Below are positions 9,718-20,323 of a DNA stretch of 64,000 nt, piece by piece. The translations under genes and the position numbers were made by a program. The notes under the pieces are model-generated. The model made no database searches and had not been told where the DNA came from. It was given only the letters and a program-made list of their open reading frames with translations. The stretch is from a virus (taxonomy: Duplodnaviria; Caudoviricetes). The DNA is taken from the IMG/VR virus record IMGVR_UViG_3300050587_000146, positions 390 through 64,389 of that record; one strand, 5' to 3'. The stretch's first letter is position 1. Each line of letters starts with the position of its first letter.

Positions 9718-9731
9718 AGGGGGTGTAAACC

Positions 9732-10325
9732 TTGTCTAATGCGGTATTTCCAAATCTGACTTCTCTCGCATGGAACAGGGCGAAAACTCCGACGTGGAGT
9801 ACGGTCGTAAGGACTTCTGCCTCCGGTAAGGAGTTCAGGAGTTCCTTATGGTCGTATCCGACCTGGAATTTTACCCTGTCTTATGATGTCCTCTCAAATC
9901 GTGAGGGGCTGACATCAGATTTTCAGAATATCATTGCATTTTTTAATCATCGGCGTGGTTCGTTCGATGATTTTTTGTATGAAGATGTGACGGACAATCA
10001 TGTTGAAAAAGGCTCAATCGGAGTCGGCGACGGGGTAATGAGAGACTTTCAGCTTATCCGTAAGTTGGGCGACTGGGCAGAACCAGTGAAGAATGTTAAG
10101 GGGTCAGTGACTCTATTTTTTGATGGTGAGCAAATTACAGACGGTTACGATGTGAATGAATACGGCTTAGTGACTTTTAATCCCGCTCCTCCTGTTGGAG
10201 TTAGTATCGAGGCTACTTTTGACTTTTATTATCGAGTTAGGTTCAAACAGGATTCGGTGGAGTTTAATCAGTTCCTTTATAACCTTTATGAGCTGAAGAA
10301 ACTTGAACTGAAGGGGGTTAAGTGA
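9732..10325 (+). CDS. Distal tail protein, DUF2460 family
   Basis: PTWSTVVRTSASGKEFRSSLWSYP, FFNHRRGSFDDFLYED and FDFYYRVRF motifs; follows the tape measure gene. Confidence 0.8.
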   Translation: MSNAVFPNLTSLAWNRAKTPTWSTVVRTSASGKEFRSSLWSYPTWNFTLSYDVLSNREGLTSDFQNIIAFFNHRRGSFDDFLYEDVTDNHVEKGSIGVGDGVMRDFQLIRKLGDWAEPVKNVKGSVTLFFDGEQITDGYDVNEYGLVTFNPAPPVGVSIEATFDFYYRVRFKQDSVEFNQFLYNLYELKKLELKGVK

Positions 10326-11179
10326 TGATTAACGCTCGGAAAGAGTTACTTGATTTATTAAATAGTGGTCAGCCGTTTGTAATGGCTGACCTTTATTCTT
10401 TCGGATTATCAAACGGGGTTGTATTGAGATATACAACGGCTGATATTGATTTATATTACGACGGCAATACTTATAAGTCGTCGGGGTTGGCGATTAAACG
10501 AAATTCTTTAAAAGTAAGTATCGGAATTGAGGTTGATACGCTCGACCTGGAGGTAATACCTGATGATAGTATCGTCTGTAATGGGATGACATTCGGACAA
10601 TTAACCACAAAAGGATTACTTGACCGAGCTTTGGTGAAACTGGAGCGGGCGTTCATGACAGACTGGGGAATGCCAGTCGTTGGTACGGTGACTCAATATC
10701 TCGGATGGGTCGGTGATATTGACGGCGGTCGTACAAAGTTTTCGGTAAAAGTAAAGTCAATCCTGGAACTATTAAATATTAAAATGCCGAGGAATATTGT
10801 TCAAGCCAGTTGTTCGAATACCTTATTTGATACATGTTGCGGGCTTGATAGAGAGGCTTATGCAATCAGCGGGGTTACTGGTGTGAGCAGTAATTCAAGT
10901 TTAATTCAAATATCTGTTTCAAGGCCGACTGGTTATTTTGACCTTGGGGTCATTGAGTATACGAGTGGTTTAAATGCGGGCATTAAAAGGACAATTAGAA
11001 CTCACGCGGGCAGTCAGGTATTGGTTATTCTTCCCTTCCCGAACACTCCCGCTGTTGGAGATACGTTCAAACTGTATCCCGGCTGTGACAAGACAAAAGC
11101 GACTTGTCAAAATAAGTTCAATAATCTGGGCGGGTTCAGAGGTTGTCCATATGTGCCAGTTCCAGAGGTGATGTATTAA
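10325..11179 (+). CDS. Tail hub protein, DUF2163/BR0599 family (gpL-like)
   Basis: LRYTTADIDL; C-terminal cysteines CSNTLFDTCC and PGCDKTKATCQNKFNN...FRGCPYVP. Confidence 0.85.
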   Translation: MINARKELLDLLNSGQPFVMADLYSFGLSNGVVLRYTTADIDLYYDGNTYKSSGLAIKRNSLKVSIGIEVDTLDLEVIPDDSIVCNGMTFGQLTTKGLLDRALVKLERAFMTDWGMPVVGTVTQYLGWVGDIDGGRTKFSVKVKSILELLNIKMPRNIVQASCSNTLFDTCCGLDREAYAISGVTGVSSNSSLIQISVSRPTGYFDLGVIEYTSGLNAGIKRTIRTHAGSQVLVILPFPNTPAVGDTFKLYPGCDKTKATCQNKFNNLGGFRGCPYVPVPEVMY

Positions 11180-11619
11180 TGGACAGTTTAGAAGAAAAAC
11201 AGCGCAAAGCGGTTGTTGATGAGGCACTTTCATGGCTCGGTACACCGTATCATCATCAGGGGTTTATTAAAGGCGCAGGAGTTGACTGCGGTTTTTTACT
11301 TATTAAGGCATTTCATGAATGTGGGCTTATTCCGTGGATAGACCCACGACCGTATCCCAAAGACTGGCATTTACACCGTTCTGCTGAAAAATACCTCGGA
11401 TGGGTGGAGCAATATACAAAGCGACTGCCAGACGGGACGATTCCAAAGCCTGGGGATATTATTCTGTACCGCTGGGGGCGTTGCGTCAGTCATGGTGCTT
11501 TAGTTGTTGATTATCCAAAAGTAATTCATGCGTATTTGGGGCAAGGGGTTCTATTGGCTGACGCTACTCAAGAGCCGCTTACAAGTAGAGTTGTTGGAGT
11601 TTATTCGTATTGGGGGTGA
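11179..11619 (+). CDS. NlpC/P60 tail tip peptidase (gpK-like)
   Basis: WLGTPYHHQG...GVDCG catalytic Cys, SHGAL His, VIHA. Confidence 0.9.
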   Translation: MDSLEEKQRKAVVDEALSWLGTPYHHQGFIKGAGVDCGFLLIKAFHECGLIPWIDPRPYPKDWHLHRSAEKYLGWVEQYTKRLPDGTIPKPGDIILYRWGRCVSHGALVVDYPKVIHAYLGQGVLLADATQEPLTSRVVGVYSYWG

Positions 11620-11624
11620 GGTGA

Positions 11625-14600
11625 ATGGGTGGCGGTACTCAAACAATCAAAACGGCTGACCAAAAGTTTGAAAATCTGCGTATCAATACGTCATCTTATG
11701 GTCAGCCGATTCCTTTGGCGTGGGGAAAACCGAGGCTTTCGGCTCAATTGATTGATTACACCGATTTTACCGCAGTTCCGCATGTTACTGAAACAGAGTC
11801 AAGCGGAGGCAAGGGCGGCGGCGGTGTAAAGCAAGAAAATACGTCTTATACTTACACTGTGGCGGTTGATATGCTTCTTTGTGAGGGAGCAATTACAGGT
11901 GTTCCTAAAGTTTGGGTTGGTAAGAATCCTCCAACTTCTCTCGGTCATTACGACTTGGGTCTATTTACCGGTACTCGTCCGCAGACAACGTGGAGTTACA
12001 TGGATTCAAATCATCCTGAAAGAGCTTTGCATTATCCTGGGATGGCTCATATTGTTGGAGTTTATGACCTTGGAAGTGACTCAAGTATACCGAATTTCTC
12101 GTTTGAGGTGGATACAGGAAAGCGTGTTACTGGTCATGATGATGCGAGTCCAAAGGTCGTTCTCATGGATTTTCTTTCAAATCCTATGTACGGGGTTGGA
12201 TTCCCGTCTCAATATGTTGATGCATGGCAAAAGTTTGATGACTTTTGTTATGCTTACGGGATTTTTCTCTCTCCGGCATTAGTGGAACAGAAAGAGGCGT
12301 ATGAGTTTATCAAGGAGATTGCAGAGGCGACAAACTCCCAACCGTTATGGTCAGAGGGTTTGCTCAAAATGATACCATATTGTGACGAGCCAGCAACAGG
12401 AAACGGTAGGGCGTTTATACCTGATAACTCTCCACTATATGATTTAACCGATGATGACTTTTTGGATGATGGGGATGACCCAGTAAAATTAAAACGAAGT
12501 AGTGCGGCAGATGCTTTTAACTCGGTTCAAATTGAGTATTATAACAGGCATAATAGTTATAATGCAGAAATTATCGAGGCTCGTGACCAAGCAGATGTTG
12601 AGGACAAGGGTTTGCGGCAGTGTGACCCGATTACAATGCATTCTATTTGCGAGCCTGAAGTCGCTCAGGTTGTTGCTCAAGCTATTTTGCAACGAATGTT
12701 ATATATTCGGAATCAATTTGAGTTCCGGTTGCCGTGGCGGTTCTGCTTACTTGAACCGATGGACTTGGTGCGGATTACTGACGAAAAGCTCGGCCTGGAC
12801 AAAGCAGTTGTTCGCATTATTGAGAAAGAGGAGGATGAGTATGGCACTTTAACCTTTACGGTCGAGGAGTGTCCTGTTGGAATTTATGGTCTGACGAAAT
12901 ACCCAACGGCTCAAGCTGACAGGGCATACATTGATTATAATGCGAGTCCTGGTGATGTTATTCCTCCCGTAATCTTTGAGCCTCCTGCGGAACTGGTTGC
13001 AAATGGCCTTGAGTTGTGGGTTGCTTTGTCTGGTGTAAGTCCTATGTGGGGTGGTGCAGTTGTTTATGTTTCCTATGATGATGAGACATATCAACAAATA
13101 GGGACAATCAAGAATCGGGCGCGATATGGCAAATTAACATCAAAACTTCTCGCAGGAACAAGGCTCGATACGATGGATGTTTTATCAGTTGACCTTTCGG
13201 CGTGTAAGGGTCAATTGGAGGGATGTTCTCAAGGAGAGTTTGAAAGCAACTATTCATTGTGTTATGTTGACGGCGAGTATATTTCGTATCGGGATGCGGA
13301 ATTAACTGGTGAAAATCGGTACAATGTGACCTATATGAATAGAGGGCTGTATAATACTCCCGTGAAAGAGCATGGAATGGGTTCCGACTTTGTGCGGGTA
13401 GATAGTACGATTTTTAAATATCCGTACAAAAAGGAGGATATTGGCAAGACCATTTATTTGAAATTTGCCAGTTTTAACGTTTTTAATGGAACAATGCAAT
13501 CTCTCGCTGATGTTCGGCCTTATTTGTATACGATTCAAGGCACTCGCGGAATTGGAGCGTCTGTTCCTTTTACAGTGACGCAGAGCGGGACAAGTCTTAT
13601 TTGTGAAATTACAAAAAATGTGACAGACCCGAATGGTCAAAGTTTTTATACTTATGAGTTACGAATGGGTTCTACTTGGGACAGTTCGGTGCTGATGGGT
13701 TCGTTCTCCGGCAATAAATACACGTTTGACGCTCACGATGAAGGTACAATGACGTTCTGGCTTAAAACAATCGACAGTTTCGGGAATTATTCCAACACTG
13801 CGACACAGTGCGTCATGAATGTCGTTGGATTGCCGAAACGAAATGTTATCTACGAGCAAACCAGTGACCCGGCGACGTGGACGGGTGATGGGGTATATCT
13901 CGCAGACGATGGCTGGCATTTAAAATCTGCAAGGGCTATCGGCGATTATGTGAGATTCGCTGATATGTTTGGTAAGACCTTAGTACGGCGAAGTAATGCG
14001 TCAATTTTACTTCCAACAATTGACCTCGGGCAAAACATTCTTGATTCCGAGGCTTTTTATTTTGATAAGTATGGGAACGCGAAGTTGCGTACTGTTGAGG
14101 TTCTTGGCGATTTTGTAACGTTCGGTGAAATATTTACGATTCCAGTTCATTACGTGGTTCCGGAATACGCGGTTGAGACAATTATGGGAATTGAGGTTGT
14201 TTATAACGCGATTGATGGGGCGCGGGTTGAATGTGAGTATCGGACGAGCCTGGACGGAACTCAATGGTCAGGCTGGGTGAGTTCCAGCGTAAAGCAATTT
14301 TACGGTCGGTTTATTCAGATTAGACTCACGCCGATTTCGATGGACGGAACGACTCCGGTAATAATCGATGGTGTGAAAATCAAGATTGACGTTCCTGATG
14401 TGGAGGACACAATTGTTAATGTCAATCTTCCAGCGGCAAAAACGACTGTCAAGTTCAACAAGATGTTCACGAATGTCCCGAATGTTGGGGTATTTACACA
14501 AGACCTCACCGGACAGGCAGCAACGTGGCGTATCACTAATATCACGACCAAATCGTTCGACATTGAGTTACTTGATAAGAACGGAAACTTGATTCCCGGT

Positions 14601-14633
14601 AAACTGATTCAGGCAATTATAAGGGGGTATTAA
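11625..14633 (+). CDS. Central tail tip / host specificity protein (gpJ-like, Phage-tail_3)
   Basis: 1002 aa; SSYGQPIPLAWGKPRL start, YPGMAH..G, LEPMDLV motif; completes the DUF2460-DUF2163-NlpC module. Confidence 0.85.
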   Translation: MGGGTQTIKTADQKFENLRINTSSYGQPIPLAWGKPRLSAQLIDYTDFTAVPHVTETESSGGKGGGGVKQENTSYTYTVAVDMLLCEGAITGVPKVWVGKNPPTSLGHYDLGLFTGTRPQTTWSYMDSNHPERALHYPGMAHIVGVYDLGSDSSIPNFSFEVDTGKRVTGHDDASPKVVLMDFLSNPMYGVGFPSQYVDAWQKFDDFCYAYGIFLSPALVEQKEAYEFIKEIAEATNSQPLWSEGLLKMIPYCDEPATGNGRAFIPDNSPLYDLTDDDFLDDGDDPVKLKRSSAADAFNSVQIEYYNRHNSYNAEIIEARDQADVEDKGLRQCDPITMHSICEPEVAQVVAQAILQRMLYIRNQFEFRLPWRFCLLEPMDLVRITDEKLGLDKAVVRIIEKEEDEYGTLTFTVEECPVGIYGLTKYPTAQADRAYIDYNASPGDVIPPVIFEPPAELVANGLELWVALSGVSPMWGGAVVYVSYDDETYQQIGTIKNRARYGKLTSKLLAGTRLDTMDVLSVDLSACKGQLEGCSQGEFESNYSLCYVDGEYISYRDAELTGENRYNVTYMNRGLYNTPVKEHGMGSDFVRVDSTIFKYPYKKEDIGKTIYLKFASFNVFNGTMQSLADVRPYLYTIQGTRGIGASVPFTVTQSGTSLICEITKNVTDPNGQSFYTYELRMGSTWDSSVLMGSFSGNKYTFDAHDEGTMTFWLKTIDSFGNYSNTATQCVMNVVGLPKRNVIYEQTSDPATWTGDGVYLADDGWHLKSARAIGDYVRFADMFGKTLVRRSNASILLPTIDLGQNILDSEAFYFDKYGNAKLRTVEVLGDFVTFGEIFTIPVHYVVPEYAVETIMGIEVVYNAIDGARVECEYRTSLDGTQWSGWVSSSVKQFYGRFIQIRLTPISMDGTTPVIIDGVKIKIDVPDVEDTIVNVNLPAAKTTVKFNKMFTNVPNVGVFTQDLTGQAATWRITNITTKSFDIELLDKNGNLIPGKLIQAIIRGY

Positions 14634-14635
14634 CG

Positions 14636-16927
14636 ATGACGACCGCAATTGATATTCTGCAAGACCCCGAACAGGCGATTGCAGAGATAAATAATCACGA
14701 CCATACTGGAGGTTGCGGTAATCATATTCCTTCCGATGGTTTGCAAGACGGGGCGGTTACTACAACTAAAATCCAAAATGGCGCGGTGAGTGGGGCAAAG
14801 ATAGCCCCACTTACTGTTACTAATGATAATATCGCTGATGGGACAATCGAAGCGGTAAAATTAACTGCGGAAGCAATAACCTCTTTGAGTGGAGGCGCGG
14901 GCTTACTTGGAGTAACAAAATATATTGGCTCCGGTCTGAAATTACAGGCTCCGCTTAATAGTTTAAGTGTTAATGTTCAAGCTGGAGATGCCAGTATCGG
15001 CATGAAAAAGCATGAGGTCACTGTTCCGGTTCCGGTAACATTAAACGCCAATAAAGCGGCACTTATTTACGCTCAATACTCACAATATACCGAAACGCCG
15101 ACAATCGACAAATATGAGGCTCAATATCCTGCGTTAGAGGCCGACCATGTTGTTCGGTATATCTTCAACAATAAAGTTAATGATACGACGATTTTGGATA
15201 CGACTGCAAATCATAATGATTTGACCTGTTTTGGAGGCTGTACTCTGGTTGATGGCTGGGCTGATAAATCGATAAAAGTTGATGGGACTACCGGATACAT
15301 GATGTCGGCGAGTAACGCGAACTTTCCGGTGGGAGCGACGGTTCGGACTGCTACTATAATCTTTACTCTTAACGCGTTACCGTCAGGTAATGATGGTTAT
15401 TTACTGACTTACGGTACAAATGCGGCTGGTCAAATGTTTGAGATGTATGTAAGTACAACGGGTCAAATTGGAGTTAATGTATATGGTTCTGCGAGTCCGC
15501 TCAATTTTATTTTGACAGTTGGTCAAACCTATATGTTCACTGTTGGGTATGATGGTACGAAATTCCTGCTGTATATAAACGGTTATTTTGTTGGTTCGGT
15601 AACGCTCGCATGTAACACGGTCTTACATGCGACTTACAGATTGAGTGTTGGACGGATAAATTACAGCGCGTCTTATTGGACGTTTGCAACGTTTCATTAC
15701 GTGGACATACGGAATACTTTGATGCCTCAATCTAAAATCGCGCAGTTAGCGAACAAAGCGTTATTTCCTTGCAATTATAAATTATCAGCGGCGCAATATC
15801 CGACAATTGGCAGGACAGAATACCATGAATATCGTTTCGACGATGTATCAGGGACAACGGTTACTGATACAGGAGTGACGTCTACTCAAATGAACGGGGT
15901 TGCAGGGGCGTTAAACACTATCGTTCCAAGTACAATCGGACTCGGTAATGCTCGTAACTTTGTTGGTGCGGCAACAACAGGTATTACATTCAGCTATCCG
16001 ATGCAAGTGACGGCAAACGGGTTCACTATTGTTTCAGTTTTCAAACCTGTTGATGATGGTAAATATAAACCGATTTTTAGTAATCGAGATGGAGACTCTG
16101 CTGGTTCCGGCAAGGGGGCGAGTTTGCAAATTGAAAATACGGCGGGAACAGGTCGTCTGATGTTTGTTGATAACGGAAATTCAACGCTTAACTATTCAGT
16201 CGGTAAGGTTCAGTATGGGCAGTTAAATTTTGCGGCGGTTACAATTGATGGTTCAAATCTTACTTTTTATCTCAACTCGCCTCAACCAGATTCGACTATA
16301 AAATTTACTATGACTGCAAATGGCGGTTCTGTAATGCCGAATTATGCAATTGGGAAATTAAGTCCGCTCGATGCATGCTGGTTTAATGGTGTGATTGAAT
16401 ATGTTCTGGTTATTCCGAATGTGGCTCTTACTCAAGAGGAAATTGAGCAGATTTATAACTCGTTGATGGGCGGCAGAATAGTTTCTTTTGTGGATGATAC
16501 GATTCCCGCCGATGCAATTTCACTCGGGTTTGTACGGACTAATAGTTTACGGGTCATCGAAGTCGATGATAGTTCTTACAGATATGGTCGAAATGAAACT
16601 CCTTTCCCGAGAGGCGGCAATAAGAGGGTGTTTTTGGGGTGGTTTTGGGCTGATGCGGGGGTTGTATATAACATTCCGCACCCATTAGGTACAGCATGGG
16701 TGAAGGTTGACTTCGTAAATCGAAAATTGATGACCGAGGAGTTCTGGCTGGATGTAAATAATGATGTTATTAACAGTTCCGGCTCTTATGGAATGTGGGT
16801 CAATGGGGTAAATCCGCTTTATTTGCGGATTAGGGGCGGTACAAACGATGTAACGTATAGTTACAATTCTTATGATGATGCTATAACGGCGGCGGCATGG
16901 ATTGGTATCTTTGTTGAATTACAATAA
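14636..16927 (+). CDS. Receptor-binding/tail fiber protein 1 with two LamG (ConA-like) domains
   Basis: 763 aa; DGAVTTTKIQ repeats, two LamG-like beta-rich segments; paralog of the next gene. Confidence 0.75.
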   Translation: MTTAIDILQDPEQAIAEINNHDHTGGCGNHIPSDGLQDGAVTTTKIQNGAVSGAKIAPLTVTNDNIADGTIEAVKLTAEAITSLSGGAGLLGVTKYIGSGLKLQAPLNSLSVNVQAGDASIGMKKHEVTVPVPVTLNANKAALIYAQYSQYTETPTIDKYEAQYPALEADHVVRYIFNNKVNDTTILDTTANHNDLTCFGGCTLVDGWADKSIKVDGTTGYMMSASNANFPVGATVRTATIIFTLNALPSGNDGYLLTYGTNAAGQMFEMYVSTTGQIGVNVYGSASPLNFILTVGQTYMFTVGYDGTKFLLYINGYFVGSVTLACNTVLHATYRLSVGRINYSASYWTFATFHYVDIRNTLMPQSKIAQLANKALFPCNYKLSAAQYPTIGRTEYHEYRFDDVSGTTVTDTGVTSTQMNGVAGALNTIVPSTIGLGNARNFVGAATTGITFSYPMQVTANGFTIVSVFKPVDDGKYKPIFSNRDGDSAGSGKGASLQIENTAGTGRLMFVDNGNSTLNYSVGKVQYGQLNFAAVTIDGSNLTFYLNSPQPDSTIKFTMTANGGSVMPNYAIGKLSPLDACWFNGVIEYVLVIPNVALTQEEIEQIYNSLMGGRIVSFVDDTIPADAISLGFVRTNSLRVIEVDDSSYRYGRNETPFPRGGNKRVFLGWFWADAGVVYNIPHPLGTAWVKVDFVNRKLMTEEFWLDVNNDVINSSGSYGMWVNGVNPLYLRIRGGTNDVTYSYNSYDDAITAAAWIGIFVELQ

Positions 16928-16941
16928 AATAAGGGGTGAGA

Positions 16942-19203
16942 ATGATGGATGAACTTCAACAGGCACTTACATTGCAGGAAGGTGTTCAACCTGCAATTGA
17001 CGCGTTAAACGCTCATAATCACTCCGGCGAGCTGGGTAATAAAATACCCGAGGGCGGGCTTGAAGATGGGGCAGTATCAACCGCAAAAATACAACAAGGG
17101 GCAGTCACTACTGACTGCCTCGCTGATTCTGCGGTCAATGCGTCAAAAATTGCAAACGGGTCAATCACATTATCAAAATTATCAACAGATGTTCAGTTCT
17201 CCGGTGGTGGTGCTTTAGGATTAACAAATTATATTTCTGAAGGGTTCAAGATTACTCCTGCCGCTGGGTTAATGACGGTTATTTCTGCTGGTGGTGCAAG
17301 TATCGACAGTAAGATACAGCGGACATTGACTCCGACTATGTTGAATTTGTCTCCGAACATGGCCTCGTTGGTATATGCTCAAAAGAGTGAAACAGAGGAC
17401 GTTCCAATTATAGGACTTCAGGGGGTGCAACTGCCTCCGGTGGTTCCTGGAGAACATGTTGTTCGTTACATTTTCAATAATAAAGTAAATGATACGACAA
17501 TTCTTGACACTTCCGGCAATGGCTATGACTTGACAATTTTTGGCGGTTGTATTTTAGTTGACGGATGGTTTGATAAGTCCATAAAGGGCGACGGCTCGAC
17601 TGGATATATGAAAACCAGTTTAGGCGCGTTATTGCCGAGCGGTGGCAGTCAACGTCAAGCAACAATTGTGTTTTCTGTCGCAAAGACAGAAACGTCTCAA
17701 TGCCTGTTTCAGTATGGTTCTAATGATTCGAATGGGTTTGCGTTATGGATTGTTAACTCTCGGTTTTATATTGACGGTAACGGTGCTACTAATACTGGAT
17801 TTCCGGTCATTGAGGGAAAGACATATAATGCGACGCTTTGGAACGATGGGTATGAGACAAAACTGTTTATTAACGGTATATGCGTATACCGAGCTTCAAA
17901 AACGTTTAATACAACGCTTAATTCGAATAACCTTTGGTTGTTTGAATATATAGGCGGTGGTGCATATTATTCAACTTCTACAATTCATTATTTCGAAATA
18001 CGCAATCGAGCAATGACAGCGACAGAGATTGCAATTATGTCGAATCAACTATTATTCCCAGTACGACATCAGGCTCCGTTAGCTATAGAGCCGCCAATTC
18101 CTTCTGAAGCTAAAGCTCATACATGGGGTTTTAACGAATTAAGTGGTAATACTGCTATGGATGACCAAGGAACTTTTCCGATGACGGTCGTAGGGACTTG
18201 TCCGATATTAAACAGTGACTTGGGGCGTGGTAAAGCATGGCGGTTGGGGTTTGGGAATAATTATTTTACTTCGGGGGCGGCAACGTTCGGGCTTGACAGT
18301 GAGTTTACAATAATCGTTGTATTTAAGCCGAGTACGTGGGGAAGTTCATCGGACATTAGGCCGTTATTTGCTAATTACAACGCGGCTGGTGGGATGATTC
18401 TTGCGATGTCGTATCACGGCAATGGTAAAATTTCTGTTTGGAACGCGTCGCAGTCATGGCAAGCTATAGGAACAAAGATTGTTCCGCTGTACGTTCCGAA
18501 TTTTGTGGCTATTACCTTTAAGAACGGTCGTATGACCTTATATCATAATAGCTTGACTCCTGATTCTATTACGAATTTTACATTGAATCAAAATGCATAC
18601 CCGCTAATGTTTGGTTATTACGGGACATCAGGAAATACGGCTGACAGTTTATTTGAATATGTTGCATATATTCCCCGTGAGTTACCGACTGCTGAACTCG
18701 CTCAATATTACAATGCTTTCATGACTTCTCAAAAACGAAGCATTGTAACGGATGCTTTACCTGCTAATTCGATTAGTTTGGGTTTTGTTCATACCAATTC
18801 GAATGCTGTCACTGAAGTTCATGATGGTATCTATTACTATGGGCGAAGGGAAGGAACAACGGGGATTGCGAGAATCTTCACGGGATGGACTCGTGTGTCA
18901 GTCAATATGGGTACAGTTTCAATTGACAATCCATTGGGAGCAACAAATACGAGAGTCGCGCAAGGCTGTTTTAAACAGGACTTGTTCGACGAAAAGTTTA
19001 CTCCATTGATGGGGGCGTTTTATTTCGGGTCTTATTCAACAAGTATGACTTACTATCAGCGCGGTGTTGATATAAGTGAGGTTAGTGCGTTTCGTATCTC
19101 ATTTGTACACGATAACGCAAACGGTTATGTAAATTGGCATAATTATGGTGCTTCAAATCCCACTGACGGTTATGTGGGATTATGGCTGGAGGTTGATGAA
19201 TAA
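16942..19203 (+). CDS. Receptor-binding/tail fiber protein 2 with two LamG domains
   Basis: About 753 aa; shares HVVRYIFNNKVNDTTILDT with fiber 1 and has the same architecture. Confidence 0.75.
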   Translation: MMDELQQALTLQEGVQPAIDALNAHNHSGELGNKIPEGGLEDGAVSTAKIQQGAVTTDCLADSAVNASKIANGSITLSKLSTDVQFSGGGALGLTNYISEGFKITPAAGLMTVISAGGASIDSKIQRTLTPTMLNLSPNMASLVYAQKSETEDVPIIGLQGVQLPPVVPGEHVVRYIFNNKVNDTTILDTSGNGYDLTIFGGCILVDGWFDKSIKGDGSTGYMKTSLGALLPSGGSQRQATIVFSVAKTETSQCLFQYGSNDSNGFALWIVNSRFYIDGNGATNTGFPVIEGKTYNATLWNDGYETKLFINGICVYRASKTFNTTLNSNNLWLFEYIGGGAYYSTSTIHYFEIRNRAMTATEIAIMSNQLLFPVRHQAPLAIEPPIPSEAKAHTWGFNELSGNTAMDDQGTFPMTVVGTCPILNSDLGRGKAWRLGFGNNYFTSGAATFGLDSEFTIIVVFKPSTWGSSSDIRPLFANYNAAGGMILAMSYHGNGKISVWNASQSWQAIGTKIVPLYVPNFVAITFKNGRMTLYHNSLTPDSITNFTLNQNAYPLMFGYYGTSGNTADSLFEYVAYIPRELPTAELAQYYNAFMTSQKRSIVTDALPANSISLGFVHTNSNAVTEVHDGIYYYGRREGTTGIARIFTGWTRVSVNMGTVSIDNPLGATNTRVAQGCFKQDLFDEKFTPLMGAFYFGSYSTSMTYYQRGVDISEVSAFRISFVHDNANGYVNWHNYGASNPTDGYVGLWLEVDE

Positions 19204-19535
19204 TGTGGTATAACGAAAAAGCAAGAATACTTCAGACCGTTCCTCCGTGGGGGAACGGATTTTTATTGCCCGAGATTGCGGCAGAGCGGTATCCGAGCTG
19301 GCAAGAGGTTCCTGATGATTTTGTTCTTCCGGCTCCGGTTCCGACAAAAGCACAACGAATCGCGGCACTTAATGCCGAGTATACGGCGTATGACGCGGAA
19401 TTGTTGAAATACTGGACAGCGGCGGCAGCGGAGGGAGATACTGAAACGCAAGCTGACATTCAAGCAGAGCGCGAGGCAGTAAGAGCTGATTATATGGCGC
19501 AAGTTGACGCAATAAGAGCGGAGGGAGGTGAATAA
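19203..19535 (+). CDS. Tail fiber assembly/chaperone-like protein
   Basis: 110 aa coupled to fiber 2; helical C-terminus. Confidence 0.5.
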   Translation: MWYNEKARILQTVPPWGNGFLLPEIAAERYPSWQEVPDDFVLPAPVPTKAQRIAALNAEYTAYDAELLKYWTAAAAEGDTETQADIQAEREAVRADYMAQVDAIRAEGGE

Positions 19536-19537
19536 CG

Positions 19538-19684
19538 ATGATTCAGCCGCAAGTTATTACTCCAATTAAAAGATGTCCGTTTGATGGTGTAAGATTGGTC
19601 AAAGAAACAATCGATGATGTTGAATACTGGGTTTGTCCTCGGTGCGGTTATATGGAGCCAGTGAATCCAGTTGCCGCTCAATAA
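19538..19684 (+). CDS. Small zinc-ribbon-like protein (48 aa, not in ORF track)
   Basis: GGAGGTG RBS; MIQPQVITPIKRCPFDG...WVCPRCGYMEP. Confidence 0.55.
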   Translation: MIQPQVITPIKRCPFDGVRLVKETIDDVEYWVCPRCGYMEPVNPVAAQ

Positions 19685-19708
19685 TGGAATTATGAATCAA
19701 GGAGGTGA

Positions 19709-20038
19709 ATGTTGATGGAACAACTTATTCAAGCAATTCCAGCGATTGAACAATTATCGAAAATTGGAATTGGCGTTGTCAGTACGCTGATTCTTATTTT
19801 AGGGGCTGTGTGGTATCTCTATCAGCTTAAACCATTAATTGAAAATAACACAAAGGCGATTGAGCTGATGAGTCAATCACTTACTTTGCTCGGAGAGGTC
19901 GTCAATAAAACCTCCGATAAAATTATACAGCATGATGAGCGGTCGGTTCATATGCAGAGCGACATTCTCGACCTTTGTGAGCAGGTAAACTGCTTACAGA
20001 GGGATGTTTCCGAGATTAAGGGGCAATTACGCAAGTAA
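19709..20038 (+). CDS. Holin-like membrane protein (one TM helix plus coiled coil)
   Basis: GGAGGTG RBS; IGIGVVSTLILILGAVWYLY helix; first gene of the lysis cassette. Confidence 0.55.
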   Translation: MLMEQLIQAIPAIEQLSKIGIGVVSTLILILGAVWYLYQLKPLIENNTKAIELMSQSLTLLGEVVNKTSDKIIQHDERSVHMQSDILDLCEQVNCLQRDVSEIKGQLRK

Positions 20039-20050
20039 GGAGGGGTAACG

Positions 20051-20323
20051 ATGGATAAGGTTATCCGATGGTTATATAAAAACGGGTTGCTCCTCTGCGG
20101 TGTCGGTGTCCTTCTCATGATTATTCTTTGGATTATTGGGTATTTCCTTAATGGCCTATGCGGTAAGAATTTCAACATTGATTCAGTCTGGACAGGTGTT
20201 GGAGTTCTTACCGGGGGCGGTATTACTGGATTCGGGACTCAATTATGGAAATATTGGATTGATTCTAAACATAATTCAAAGTCTGGAGAGATACCGGGGC
20301 AGGGGGTGAATGGTGATGTATAA
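20051..20323 (+). CDS. Holin (two hydrophobic segments)
   Basis: 90 aa, two TM-like segments, overlaps the endolysin start. Confidence 0.65.
   Translation: MDKVIRWLYKNGLLLCGVGVLLMIILWIIGYFLNGLCGKNFNIDSVWTGVGVLTGGGITGFGTQLWKYWIDSKHNSKSGEIPGQGVNGDV

Noticed and set aside
14636-19203. Diversity-generating retroelement acting on the fibers
   Set aside because: No reverse transcriptase and no near-identical template/variable repeat pair seen; the shared block differs at synonymous positions, not specifically at adenines
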